Positions 1 through 11,416 of a stretch of 64,000 bases of DNA are shown here, in pieces. Each line of letters opens with the position of its first letter. Within the stretch, counting starts at the first letter, position 1. This DNA comes from Mobula hypostoma. Lineage: Eukaryota. The translations under genes were made by a program, and so were the position numbers. The notes beneath the pieces are model-generated. The model ran no database searches, was not told the DNA's origin, and saw only the letters and a program-made list of their open reading frames with translations. Location of the stretch: positions 8,556,001-8,620,000 of the forward strand of contig NC_086097.1 of the NCBI RefSeq assembly GCF_963921235.1, read 5' to 3'.

Positions 1-264
1 GAGATACAGTATGGAATAGGCCCTCTGACTCACGCCACCCAGCAATCCCCGATTTAACCCTACCCTAATCATAGGATCATTTACAATGACCAACTAACCA
101 ACCAACTGGTACATCTTTTTACTGTGGGAGGAAATCAGAGCATGTGGAGGAAACTCACATGGTCTGGGAGAGAACATACAAACTCCTTAAAGGAGGCGGT
201 GGGAATTGAAATCGGGTGGCCGGTACAGCATTGTTGTGCTAACCACTACCCTACCGTGCTGTCC
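1..264 (-). mobile_element. tRNA-derived V-SINE (HE1-like)
   Basis: Minus strand reads GGACAGCACGGTAGGGTAGTGGTTAGCAC (A box) and GATTTCAATTCC (B-box-like), then a V-domain-like body (GGAGTTTGTATGTTCTC...TTTCCTCCCACAG...TTGGTCATTGTAAAT) and a CR1-like tail. Many copies occur in the window. Confidence 0.8.
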
Positions 265-310
265 TTGAAATGCGATCCAATTTAATTGAAATTAAATTTG
301 CTTTGCTTAC

Positions 311-371
311 CAGAACTCGGAAAAGAAAAGAGAATAAAGGCTAAAGTAGGCACGAGTGATGATAGTTACTC
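311..371 (-). CDS. candidate internal exon of an unidentified host gene (xVTIITRAYFSLYSLFFSEFx)
   Basis: Acceptor cttattgctgtttcag|G and donor CTG|gtaagc flank 61 nt of non-repeat sequence with only one open frame. No homology recognised. Confidence 0.35.
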
Positions 372-690
372 CTGAAACAGCAATAAGCTTCATAACATAT
401 TTAGATAGCTAACATTTTTACTGCTTCATCCCACACATGAAGCATGTCATGCCACAAGAGATGGAATAGCTTGTGTGTTATTCATTTAAATCGTGTCATT
501 GTGCACGTATCATATCCTGCCAGCATGTCTTCTGCTTCAATTCTAGTTTAGATCAATACTCTCGCCTTCCCAATCCATTATTTTTACACACCTTCCATCC
601 ATCCAGATTGTGTCAATTGTCTGGTAAAATTGCCCCGATTGTTGCCCTAATATTTCTGAGCAGTACAGATTAGATAAAAGCTAACAATTC

Positions 691-892
691 AGGTCATGCC
701 TAGTTCTCATTGCTACCATCAAGAGGAGGTACAGAAGCCTGAAGACACACACTCAGCGATTCAGGAACAGCTTCTTCCCCTCTGCCATCTGATTTCTGAA
801 TGGACATTGAACCCATGAACACTACCACACTACTTTTTAATTTCTATTTTTACACTAGTTACTTAATTTAACTTTATATATATTTATATATA

Positions 893-928
<36 letters not shown>

Positions 929-1030
929 CATACACACACACATATATACGTATTTACTGTAATTCACTTTTGTTTCTATTATTATGTATTGCCGCAGACA
1001 ACCCATTTCATGATATATGCCAGTGATGTA
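691..1030 (+). mobile_element. Rex1/Babar-type LINE 3' fragment
   Basis: Degenerate LLPS-RRYRSLKTHTQRFRNSFFPSAI C-terminus plus 3' UTR. The tail (gatctgattctgag) resumes at about 1622, after an insertion. Confidence 0.75.
886..948. repeat. compound (TG)n(TA)n(CA)n microsatellite
   Basis: Directly visible alternating purine-pyrimidine tract. Confidence 0.95.
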
Positions 1031-1039
1031 AACATAACT

Positions 1040-1210
1040 GGTTCCTTCAGGTTGCTATAGCTGGAGGTGGCAATGGGGACAAGCTCCCACTACCTACTAA
1101 ATGCTCCTAACGGCCTACGCTTCAAATAGCTTCTGACAGCCAAGTCCAGATCCTGGCCTTCCCGTGTGGTTTAGCTACTAAGCCCGCGGAACTGTTTCGA
1201 CTGACGGGAG
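1040..1210 (+). ncRNA. HDV/CPEB3-like ribozyme fold at the 5' end of family A
   Basis: P1 GGTTCC(1040-1045)/GGAACT(1188-1193) with a G1-U wobble; P2 TCCTG(1151-1155)/CGGGA(1205-1209); P3 GCC(1156-1158)/CGC(1185-1187, one mismatch); L3 TTCCCGT plus a hairpin; GT after P1; J4/2 C1201-T-G-A. Confidence 0.65.
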
Positions 1211-1620
1211 AAGGGGCAAAGGTGGGTTACTGTTGCCTTAAAACCAGTTGCTTTGATCCAGATGGGTCTCATCAGCTGTGGTTGGCAGCTCATCTAGTAG
1301 AAGGAAAACCCTGATCTCAAACATCTGCTGCCTTGTGGCTATAACCACTCAAGGGGAAGGCTTTGGGAGTAAACCTCAAGGGAAAAATCCAGAGATAAGG
1401 CAGTCCTACATTGAGTTCAATGCTGGCAGGTAACTCCTGCAATGCTGCTGGTGCCAAACTGTTTACCACTGCCGTTCCTTTGCGTTCATCAGATGCATAG
1501 AGAGGGGGAGCTTGCTACATAGGCTACAGCTTGCTCTCCATATTGTCCTGCCCAGGCTTGTGTATCTGGACAGTTAAGATACAATATCGCTGGTCAATGC
1601 TGACCGATGGAGGCCCTCAC
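1040..1620 (+). mobile_element. non-coding RTE-related retroposon, family A, copy 1
   Basis: About 580 bp inserted in a Rex tail. It is colinear end to end with 25714-26288 (-), both copies start GGTTCCTT, and there is no transposon ORF. Confidence 0.7.
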
Positions 1621-1767
1621 CATTAGATCTGATTCTGAGTCTGTGTGTACGTTACGATGTCTACTCGTGTACATGCCAGCAGTCACTGGCCAATGGCTAA
1701 TGGCTAGGTACTTGAGAATGGAACAAGTCGAGATTACTTGCTCTTTACACTGCATCAAAGCTAGTCA

Positions 1768-1955
1768 GTGGTGTTGTGGCATCCACACTGGACTTTGGGG
1801 TGAGTGGTTCTGGATTCAAAAGCGACAGGCTCCCTGCACGCTTCCCATCCATGCTAGATTGAGTGTCGAGCTAGCAACTCGGACTCACAAAACAGACAAC
1901 TGCTAAAGGAACAGCATGGCTTCTGCCCGATTCGCCAATAGGCATGGATTAAATT
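1768..1955 (+). mobile_element. short tRNA-head SINE with RTE-derived body
   Basis: A/B-box-like head, then GAGTGTCGAGCTAGCAACTC (RTE 5'UTR-like motif). Homologous to 9520-9700 and 60828-60960. Confidence 0.6.
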
Positions 1956-2004
1956 CACAGTTACACTGCATCAGGCAGACATTACATCACTGGTAAAAGC
2001 CATG

Positions 2005-2520
2005 CGCACAAGGTGCTGGAGGAGCTCAGCAGGACAGGCAGCATCTGTGGTTGGGAATAACCAGTCCACAATTTCGCCGACACCCTTCATCAGGATTGGA
2101 AAGGAAAGTGGAAGGAGTTTAAGTAAGAAGGTGTGAGGGGGGAGGGTGGTAGGGAGGAATAAGTACAAGGTAGCTGGTGGAAGGTGAAACCCTGAGAGGA
2201 GGAGAAATGAAGTAAAAAAGCTGGAAAGTTGATTGGCAAAAGAGATAAAAGGCTAGAGTCTGAGGGAGATATCTGATAGGAGAGGACAGAAGTCCATAGA
2301 AGAAAGGGAAGGAGGAGGAGCACCTGAGGGAGGCGATATGAGTGGGAAAGGAATGGGAATCATAAAGGAGTGGAGGCAGGTGCAATTACTGGAAGTTTGA
2401 GAAAACACTGTTCATACCATTAGTGTGGAAGTTACCCCGATGGAATACATGGTGTTGTTCCTCCTAGCCAAGGGTGGCCTCATCGTGGCGGTAGACGAGG
2501 CCACGGACTGACTGACTGAC
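2005..2520 (-). mobile_element. Penelope-like element 3' fragment with pseudo-LTR
   Basis: Homologous to about 4020-4510 (end of the GIY-YIG domain, pyrimidine-rich UTR, pLTR). Degenerate hammerhead core CTGATGA at 2093-2087. Confidence 0.75.
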
Positions 2521-3374
2521 CAAATAAGTGTATTACCAAAAGCAAAACAGCCCAGAAAATGGCCATTCCATTCACATGTTTGAAGTTATTGTTCACAACC
2601 CCACAAGGCTGTGTACTCTTCCCCCTGCTGTACTCACTATACACCCATGATTGTGTAGCAAAGTTTCCATCAAACTCTATATATAAGTTTGCTGAGGACA
2701 CAACAATTGTAGGCCGTATCTCGGGTAATGATGAGTTTGAGTACAGAGAGGAAATTAAGAACCTGGTGGCATGGTGTGAAGACAATAACATATCCCTTAA
2801 CGTCAGCAAGACGAGGGAATTGGTTGTTAACTTCAGGAGTAGCGGACCGCACGACCCAATTTACATCGGTGGTGCGCAAGTGGAACAGGTCAAAAGCTTT
2901 AAGTTCTTCGGGGTCAATATCACAAATGACCTGACTTGGTCCAACCAAGCAGAGTCCACTGCCAAGAAGGCCCATTAGCGCATTTACTTCCTGAGAAAAC
3001 TAAAGAAATTTGGCCTGTCCCCGAAAACCCTCACTAATTTTTATAGATGCACCATAGAAAGCCTTCTTCTAGGGTGCATCACAACCTGGTATGGAAGTTG
3101 TCCTGTCCAAGACTGGAAGAAGCTGCAGAAGATCGTGAACATGGTGCAGCACATCACACAAACCAATCTTCCGTCCGTGGACTCACCTTACACGGCACGC
3201 TGTCGGAGCAGTGCTGCCAGGATAATCAAGGACACGACCCACCCAGCCAACCCACTTTCGGCCCTCTTCCCTCCGGGAGAAGGATCAGGAGCTTGAAAGC
3301 TCGTACGGCCAGATTTGGGAACAGCTTCTTTCCAACTGTGGTAAGACTGCTGAACGGATCCTGACCTGGATCTG

Positions 3375-4510
3375 CTTCTATTCCTAGTTCCTCCGTCTCC
3401 GCTGCATCTGCTCCGAGGATGAGGTTTTCCATTCCAGGACATCTCAAATGTCCTCTTTCTTTAAGGATCGTGGTTTCCTTTCTGCTGTCATCAATAATGC
3501 CCTCAGCCGCATCTCCTCCATTTCCCGCACTTTGGCTCTCACCCCATCCTCCCACCACCACAACAGGGACAGAGTTCCCCTTGTCCTCACCTACCACCCC
3601 ACTAGCCTCCGGATCCAACACATTATCTTCCGCAACTTCCGCCACCTTCAACAGGACCCCACCACTAAGCACGTCTTTCCCTCTCCACCCCTCTCCGCAA
3701 TTCCCTGGTCCAGACGTCCCACCCCACGGATCTCCCACCTGGCACTTATCCCTGTAAGCGCAAGTGCTACATCTGTCCCTACACCTCCTCTCTTGCCACC
3801 ATTCATGGCCCCAAACAGTACTTCCAAGTGAGGCAACACTTCACTTGTGAATCTGTTGGGGTCATCTATTGCATCCGGTGCTCCCGGTGCGGCCTCCTCT
3901 ACATCGGTGAAACCCGACGCAGATTGGGGGACTGCTTCGTCTAGCACCTCCGCTCCGTCCGCCAAAACAGACAGGATCTCCCAGTAGCCACCCACTTCAA
4001 CTCTGCTTCCCACTCCCATTGAGATATGTCCATACATGGCCTCCTCTACTGCCATGATGAGGCTAAACTCAGGTTGGAGGAACAACACCTCATATACCGT
4101 CTAGGTAGTCTCCAGCCCCTTGGTATGAACATAGAATTCTCCAACTTCCGGTAATTCCCTCCCCCTCCCTTCCCCTATCCCTATGTCACTCTGCCCCCTC
4201 CCCCAGCCGCCTACCACCTCCCTCTTGGTTCTGCCTCCTTCTACTATCCATTGTGTTTTCCCCCATTCTTTCTTTACCTTTCCTGCCTATCACCTCCCTG
4301 CTTTCCTTCCCCCACCCCTTTATCTTTCCCCTTACTGGTTTTTCACCTGGAACCTACCAGCTTTCTCCTTCCCATCCTCCCCCCACCTTCTTTATAGGGC
4401 CTCTGCCCCTTCCCCCTACAGTCCTGACGAAGGGTTCCAGCCCGAAACGTCGACCAATCTTTTCCACGGATGCTGCCTGACCTGATGAGTTCCTCCAGCG
4501 TGTTGTGAGT
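3375..4510 (+). mobile_element. 5'-truncated Penelope-like element (RT C-terminus, GIY-YIG endonuclease, pLTR)
   Basis: FTCESVGVIYCIRCSRCGLLYIGETRRRL...VATHFN...GMNIEFSNFR* with internal stops. 9-bp TSD CTGGATCTG at 3366-3374 and 4511-4519. Confidence 0.9.
4419..4456 (+). ncRNA. minimal type I hammerhead ribozyme in the Penelope pLTR
   Basis: cagtc-CTGACGA-aggg ttccag ccc-GAAA-c-GTC^gac: intact core, GGG/CCC stem II, GTC/GAC stem I and palindromic ACGT stem III. Confidence 0.75.
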
Positions 4511-5049
4511 CTGGATCTGGGCCGTACTCTCCAAATATCCGGACCTACCTCTCGGTTTTTTTGCACTACCTTACTTTCCATTTTTCTATTTTCTATTTAT
4601 GATTTATAATTTAAATTTTTAATATTTACTATCGATTTGTAATCCAGGGAGCGGGAAACGCAGAATCAGATATCGCTGTGATGATTGTACGTTCTAGTAT
4701 CAATTGTTTGTCGACAATAAAGTGTAAAGTATAAAGTACCTTGCCCATAATAACCTTTCAAAATGAATTTCTATTCCCCTTTCTCTAGGCTGAAGACTAG
4801 TTTCCTTCTGAACTATGTGTCTCAACCACTTCCTGTGGCTATGAGTTCCACTGTCTATGAAAATAAATACTTTTTATTTCCCTTGTGTAGCGATAGAAAC
4901 TGTATTCACTTATCCTGTGATGCAGATGTGATTCAAACACCAGTCAGAAATCCTGCTTATTTTACAAAAAGAAATTCATGTCCTGGAGCAAATAAGGTTA
5001 CAAGGCTGATTAATTCATTGTGGTACAGACAGGCATATCCAGTAAGAAA

Positions 5050-6235
5050 ACATTGGCTTGGAGCATTCTAACTGGCTACATCACCATCTGGTTTGGTGGG
5101 TGGGGTGGGGGGGGAGAAATGGGAGGATGGCCCAGGATGAAATTAGGCTGCAAAAAGTTGTAAACTCAGTCAGCCCCATCACAGGAACTTCAAGGTGTGA
5201 TGCCTCAAAAAGCTAATATTCATCATTAAGAACCCAGTGACCTAGGACATGCCCTCTTCTCATTGGGACCATCAGTGAGCAGGTACAGGGGTACAGGAGC
5301 CTGAAGACACACACTCAACATTTCTTCCCCTCTGTCATCAGATTTCTGAATGGTTGTTGAATCCATGAACACTACCTCACTACTTTGTTTCTCCCTTTTT
5401 GCACTACATATTTAATTTGACTGTTTATATATACAGCATATTCATCTTTCATGTTACTGCGTAGGTTATTTAAAATGGCTTCTTTATTATGTTATACTTG
5501 GGAATGCTTCTTTGTTATGTTAAACGCTGAGAAAGTTTTTGCGCTAGCAGCTTGTTTTGGGTTAGGCGGTGATAAGAAGATGTTACGAACCAATTGGGAC
5601 AGTTGCTATGATTTTGTTGTATCTGGAGGATTTGTATCCGCGGGGTTTTGGAGGGAGAACGCGGGAGAGAGAGAGACAGGGGATGGACCATGTGCTGTGA
5701 GTCCCCTAACAGGGTCGGACCCTGAGCGGGGCATTCGGCGAGGAGAGGAGACGGAGACGGACTCGTGTGGAGCGTCTGGTCGACCACCGTTGTTGGTCCC
5801 AGGCGGCCGGTCGAGGTTGTCCGAGGGGTCACAGGGTGAAGAAGGGTCCTGAGCTCCAACTGTTTGTGCACGAAGAGATTGAACTTTGATGTGTGGCGCC
5901 TTTGATTTTCCTTTTATATTTTATTCCCTATTAATTATATAGTTCCAGTAATATCTATAAACTGTAAATCATTTAATCGTATTTTGTGTATTGTCTGTTA
6001 TTTGGGCGGAGTGGGGTACATCACACAGCATCCACACAAACTAATTACCCAGTTTGCCGGGGCCAGGGGCTGTTTCCCTAGACGACAGCGAGCCATGCGA
6101 CCCTGAGGCTGGCCAGGGGGGGCTACATATAATATACACACATCTTACTGTAATTTAGAGGTTTTCTTTATTTTTATGCATTGCATATACTGCTGCTGAA
6201 TAAAAACAAATGTCATGAAATATGCCTTTGATATT
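5050..6235 (+). mobile_element. degenerate Rex-type LINE 3' fragment interrupted by an LTR-like insert
   Basis: Same 3' sequence as 691-1030 and 24625-25050. The UTR resumes after 6127. Confidence 0.65.
5452..6127. mobile_element. probable solo LTR
   Basis: 676-bp CpG-rich insert with TGT...ACA ends inside a Rex UTR. No clean TSD seen. Confidence 0.5.
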
Positions 6236-6328
6236 TTTTAGATTAGATTATGAGGACACGCAGTCCTCTTTTATTGTCATTTAACCTGATATTAAACCTG
6301 ATTCTCCTGATTCTATTTTTCAGGATGG

Positions 6329-6680
6329 GAATCAGAATCAGGTTTATCATCATATGCATGTGTCGTGAAATTTGTTGTTTTGTGGCTCCAGCATCGTGCA
6401 AATCATTCAGAAATCTGATGGCAGAGGGCAAGAAATTATTCCTAAAATGTTGAGTGTGGGTCAACAGTCTCCTGTCATTCCACCGTGACTGTAGTAATGG
6501 GAAGAGGGCACGTATCAGATGGTGAGGGTCCTTAATGTTGGATGCAGCCATCTTGAGACACTGTCTCTGAAGATGTCCTTGATGGTGATGACAGCTGCTC
6601 TCATGATGGAAATGACTGAGTCTATAACCTTTTACAGCTTCTTTTAATACTGTGCAGTGAAGCCCCTATACTGTGTCTGT
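6329..6680 (-). mobile_element. Rex-type LINE 3' fragment
   Basis: IKDPHH...LFPLLQS...THTQHFRNNFLPSAIRFLN and a (CTGATT)n tail. Confidence 0.7.
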
Positions 6681-6829
6681 TGTTTGAGATTTTGTTAAAG
6701 ATATTCCTCCCCATCTCTGTTCCAAATAGACGTCTCTCTGTTCCATGGCTTCCCAACCATTTTGATGCCATGGATCCCTACCACTAACTGGGGGTCCTTA
6801 GACCTCAGCATGGAAACCCTGTAACTATT

Positions 6830-7520
6830 CTGAAGCTGTGCCTTCTGGTCCTAAACTCCTCCACTACAGGAAACATCCTCCCCCCATCCACTCTGTCTAT
6901 GTCTTTCAACATCCAATAGGTTTCAACGAGATTCCACCCTCATTCTTCTAAACCCCAGAGAGTACAGGTCCAGAGCCTTCTAAACCCCTTTCATTTCCAG
7001 AATCATTCTCATAAACCTCTTCTGCACCTTCTCCAATGCCAGCACACCCTTTCTGAGGGGGCCTAAACCACTCATAATACTCCAAGTGTAGTCTGACCAA
7101 TGTTTTATAATGCCTTAGCGTTACACCATTGCTTTTATAGTCCTGTCCTCGCTAATGAAAGCTATCATTGAATTTGCCTTCCCCACCTGCAAGTTAACCT
7201 TTGGGGAATCCTTTAGGGAATTTGCACCTCTGATTTCTGAATTTCCTTGTTTAAAAAAATAGCCAAGCCTTTATTCTTTCTACTGAAAAGCATGACCATA
7301 GACTTCACTGCATTGTAAAAAGAATTCTACCATTTCTTTGCCCATTCTCCCATTTCTTTGCCCATTCTCCCAATCTGTCCCGGTTCTTCTGCAAACACCA
7401 TGCTTCCTCAACACTACCTGCTCCTCCACCTACCTTCCTATTGCCCACAAAGTTTGCCTTAAAGCCATCAATTTCGCCATTCAAATTGTTGACATACAAC
7501 ATGAAAAGAGATAGTCCCTG
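6830..7520 (-). mobile_element. degenerate CR1 RT fragment
   Basis: LYVNNL...NFVGNRKVGG...LQKNRDRLGEWAKKW resembles CR1 RT domains 5-6. Confidence 0.7.
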
Positions 7521-7969
7521 TAGAACACAAGTAATAATAAAAAAAATATATCAAGCAGAAGCCAGCACTTTGGCTCACTGAATCCACACTAACCATCAAG
7601 CATCTATTTACACTAATTCTACACAAGCCAACCTTTTATTCTACCCAGCACTCACCTACACCCTTCAAAGTTCAAAGTTCAAAGGGTGCCTGAAGAGATT
7701 GGGAGAAAGGGCAAAGTAAATATATCATCAACACTGAGATTTGTGTCCTTGCGGGCATTCACAGTATATCCAAGAAACACAATAGGCTCAATGAAACACT
7801 GTCCCAAAAGGACAGGCAAACAACCAATGTGAAGACTGCAAATACAAAAAGAAAAAAACAATAAATAAGCAAGCAATAAATATCGAGAACATGATGAAGG
7901 CTCATTGAAAGTGAGTTCACAGCTTGTGGGAACAGTTCAGTGACATGGTGAATGAAGCAAGTGAAGTTG

Positions 7970-9455
7970 CAGGATGTAAGGAGATAGGGAGACCGACAGT
8001 GTCCCTGACAACCACAACTGCGAGAAGTTCATCCAGCTGCAGTTTCTAACAATCCACATTAAGGAGTTGGAGCTGGAACTGGATGAACTCTGGATCATTT
8101 GGGAGGCTGATGGAATGATAGATAGGACATGTAGAGAGGTAGTTACACCCTATGTGCAGGGCACAGGAAACTGGGTGACAGTCAGAAAGGGGAAATGTAT
8201 TAAACAGCCAGTGCAGTGTATCCCAAGAGGAATACAACTTTGGATACTGCTGGAGGGGTGACCTCATGGCTTCATACGTGGTAGGTCATATCTAACCAAT
8301 CTTATAGAGTTTTTTTTTCAGAAATTTACCAAGAAAATAGATGAAGGCAAAGCAGTGAAAGTTGCCTACATGTACTTTCATAAGGAGTTTGGCAATTTCC
8401 CGTATGAGAGGCTGGTCAAGAAAGTTCAGTTGCTAGGCATTCAGGATGAGGTAGTGAATTGGATTAGACATTGGCTCTGTGGGAGAAGCCAAAGAGTGGT
8501 CGTAAAGGGTAACCTCTCTGACTGGAGGCCTGTGACTAGTGGTGTGCTTCAGGAATCGGTGCTGGGTCCTTTGTTGTTTGTCATCTGTTTCAATGATCTG
8601 CATGATAATGTGGCTAACTGGATCAGCAAATTTGCATTTAACACCAGGATTAGGGGTGTAGCAGACAGCAAGCAAGTTATCTTAGCTTGCAGAGGGATCT
8701 GTATCAACTGGAAAAATGGGCTGAAAAATGGCAGATAGAATTTAGGTTTTTCACTTTGGTAAGACCAACCAGGGTCGTCTTACACAGTAAATGGTAGGGC
8801 ACTGAGGAGTGTGGTAGAACAAAGGGATCTAGGAATACAGGTACATAATTCATTGAAAGTGGTGACCCAACTAGATAGGGACATAAATAATGCTTTTGGC
8901 ATATTGGCCTTCATAAATCAATGCATTGAGTATAAGAGCTGAGATGTTGAAATTGTATAAGACATTGGCGAGGCCTAATTTGGAGTACTGTGTGCAGAAA
9001 ATTCACAAGGATGTTGTCGGGTCATTAAGAGTGTTTCCTTAATTTATGAGGAAAGATCGAGCAGGTTAGAGCTGTATTCTTTAGAATGTAGAAGACTGAG
9101 AAGAGATTTGATAGAGGTATACGAAATTATGATGGGTATAGGTAGGGTAAATGCAAGCAGGCTTTTTCCACTGAGGTTGGTTGAGACTACAATCAGAGGT
9201 CATGGGTTAAGGGTGAAAGGTGAGAAGTTTAAGAGGATCCTGAGAGAATCCTTTTCACTCATAGGGTCATGAGAGTGGGGAATGAGCTGCCAGCACAACC
9301 CTTAAGAGAAGTTTGGGTAAGTAGATGGATAGTAGGGATATGGAGGGCAATGGTCCCGGTGGAGATCAATGGGAGTAGGCAGCTTAAATTCTTTCAGCAT
9401 GGACTAGATGGGCCAAATAACCTGCTTCTGTGCTGTACTTCTCTATGACTCTAAG
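7970..9455 (+). mobile_element. internally deleted CR1 (ORF1 zinc-finger/zipper piece joined to the RT 3' half)
   Basis: 7970-8260 encodes CEKFIQLQFL...KELELELDELWII (ORF1). From about 8265 it reads HGFIRGRSYLTNLIEFF and SGVLQESVLGPLLF, then a CR1 3' tail. Confidence 0.75.
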
Positions 9456-9519
9456 TTATCTCCTCCAATTGCAATATGTAACAATAAAGAAAAGCTAGAA
9501 ATGATAATAAGTATGGGCA

Positions 9520-9700
9520 CACAGTCAACAGGAATTCAAGACAAGTGGTCCCTGGTTCGAAAACGGCCGGCTCCTTGCATGCTTTCGATCCGTGCTCAGT
9601 TGAACACTGAGCCAGCAGCCCAGCCTCATAAAAAACAGACAAATGCTGGAGAAATGGGAGGTCGTCACTCAATACGCCACAAGGCGCGGAGAGGAACAAC
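9520..9700 (+). mobile_element. short tRNA/RTE SINE
   Basis: B box GGTTCGAAAAC, body homologous to 1768-1955, RTE-like tail CGCCACAAGGCGCGGAGAGGAAC. Confidence 0.6.
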
Positions 9701-10521
9701 GCAATTAACCAATGTACACTTCCACAGCAATGTTTTTCCCCTCTGCTTTTGCACTACTTACTTAATTAATTAATTTATATATATACTTATTGTTATTTAT
9801 AGTTTATTATTATTATTTATTTCAATGTACTGCTGCCATGAAACAACAAATTTTATGATATATGCCAGTGATAATCTGATTTTGATTCTGAAATATATAT
9901 ATATAATTAAATTGAATAAGTAGTGAAAAAAAGAGGGCAAAATAGAAAAGTGTACATGGGTTCATTGTCCATTCAGAAATCTGTCTTGTTTGATTGACCT
10001 ACCTTGGGTGTTATGGTTTAGACATACTATGGACTACACCAGAAAGTGTGTCTGTGACATTACAACAGAATGCACGTCTCTTAATCACTGCTAGGCAATT
10101 AGGTATCCAACAGACAGCAGAAAAGGGCAAAAAAAAGAAATAAGTTTGAATTCTTCTCATCTTGTGCAATGGATGTTTTAATTAGTAATATAAAACTATT
10201 GCCTGTGTCATGTAACATGACTATAATCAGTGTGTCAGAAGATAAATTAGATTTCAGAATATTTTCAGTGCCAATCCTCCCTCTTATTCAGTGGTGATGT
10301 ACAAATTAATCTACAGTTGAGACATGCTGACACGTCCAATAATAACTATTACATTACTGCTTTATATAAGGAAAGCCTGCTTTGACAGGCCTTGTGGCAG
10401 TATTTCACTAATCATTGGAAACAGTCCTTCCCATAATTGCATTCAAGGGACACATTTATTTGGATAGACAACAACATCTGCACATGTGATAACTTACTGG
10501 CAAGGCATGTTAAAAGCTGCT

Positions 10522-10768
10522 TTTTCTTCTTCTTAAGCCCATGACTCCCACTGGGACCCAGGCCTGTGCCGACAGCTCACCAGGGTCCTCTGTCCTGGGT
10601 CACACTTTGAAGTTGTCCCCAGGTGTAGTCCACCTAAAAGATCTTTTCTCTCCCAGGAATGAGAGCTTCTGTTGGTGTTTGTGTAGCTCTGGGGATTATT
10701 ACAGGATGGGGTTGCTAGCCCTATGCCCAACCATTCTCCTTTCTCTGCTGAGCTTGGGACTGGCCATA
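10522..10768 (-). mobile_element. bipartite non-autonomous RTE derivative
   Basis: RTE 5'UTR motif GGTTGGGCATAGGGCTAGCAACCCCATCCTGTAA joined to an RTE 3' end (CCAGGACAGAGGACCCTGG...) with an (AAG)n tail. Confidence 0.65.
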
Positions 10769-11115
10769 GAAGAGTTATTTTTTGGTCGCATGTAAAAGAT
10801 TCAATTTTTGATAAATATGAAACAAATTCTACAATCTCTCCTGGTTCCTTTTTATCTCCTAGTTAATTTGTTTCTATAATTTTCAATAGAGTTTACATAC
10901 AGAGTACTTGTGCCAAACAGGAAAGATATTTGAGAGAAATGATTGGTTATGACTGGTTGTCGTGGCAAAGTGGTTAAACTACAGGAGATGATCCGGAGAT
11001 TTAGGCCGATTAACTTTGAGGTGTGAGTTTGAATCACAGGAGACTTCAAGTAAACTCACAAAATTCAAATAAATAAATACGTTAAATTAAATAGAATAAT
11101 TAAAATAGAATATTT

Positions 11116-11416
11116 GGGGCATCATGGTAATGCAGCAGTTAGCACAACACTATTACAGCTCTGGGTGTCAGAGTTCACTTCTGGCGTCTTCTGAAAGAAA
11201 GCCTGCACATATGTTCTTCTAGTCTGTGAATAGGTTTATTCTGGGTGCTCTAATACCCACTCACAATCCAAAGATGTACCGGTTAGTAAGTTAAATGGTC
11301 TTTGTAAATTGTCCTGCGATAAGGCCAGGATTAAATATGTGGTACAGCTTGTGGGCCAAAAGGGCAAGTTCTGTTCTGTATCTCTAAATAAAAAACAAAT
11401 AAATAAATAAATAAAA
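11116..11416 (+). mobile_element. V-SINE (HE1-like) with (AAAT)n tail
   Basis: Homologous to 1-264 in the opposite orientation. Confidence 0.7.

Larger units (their letters stand above)
2598..4738 (+). mobile_element. 5'-truncated Rex1/Babar LINE split by a Penelope insertion
   Basis: RT motifs PQGCVLFPLLYSLYTHDC and KFAEDTTIVGRI, C-terminus PSGRRIRSLKARTARFGNSFFPTVVRLLN. The 3' UTR resumes at 4511 and ends in a TAAAG-repeat tail. Confidence 0.9.

Noticed and set aside
4740..4855. Minus-strand open frame between AG and GT
   Set aside because: The sequence resembles an old CR1 3' end (WNS*PQEVVE).
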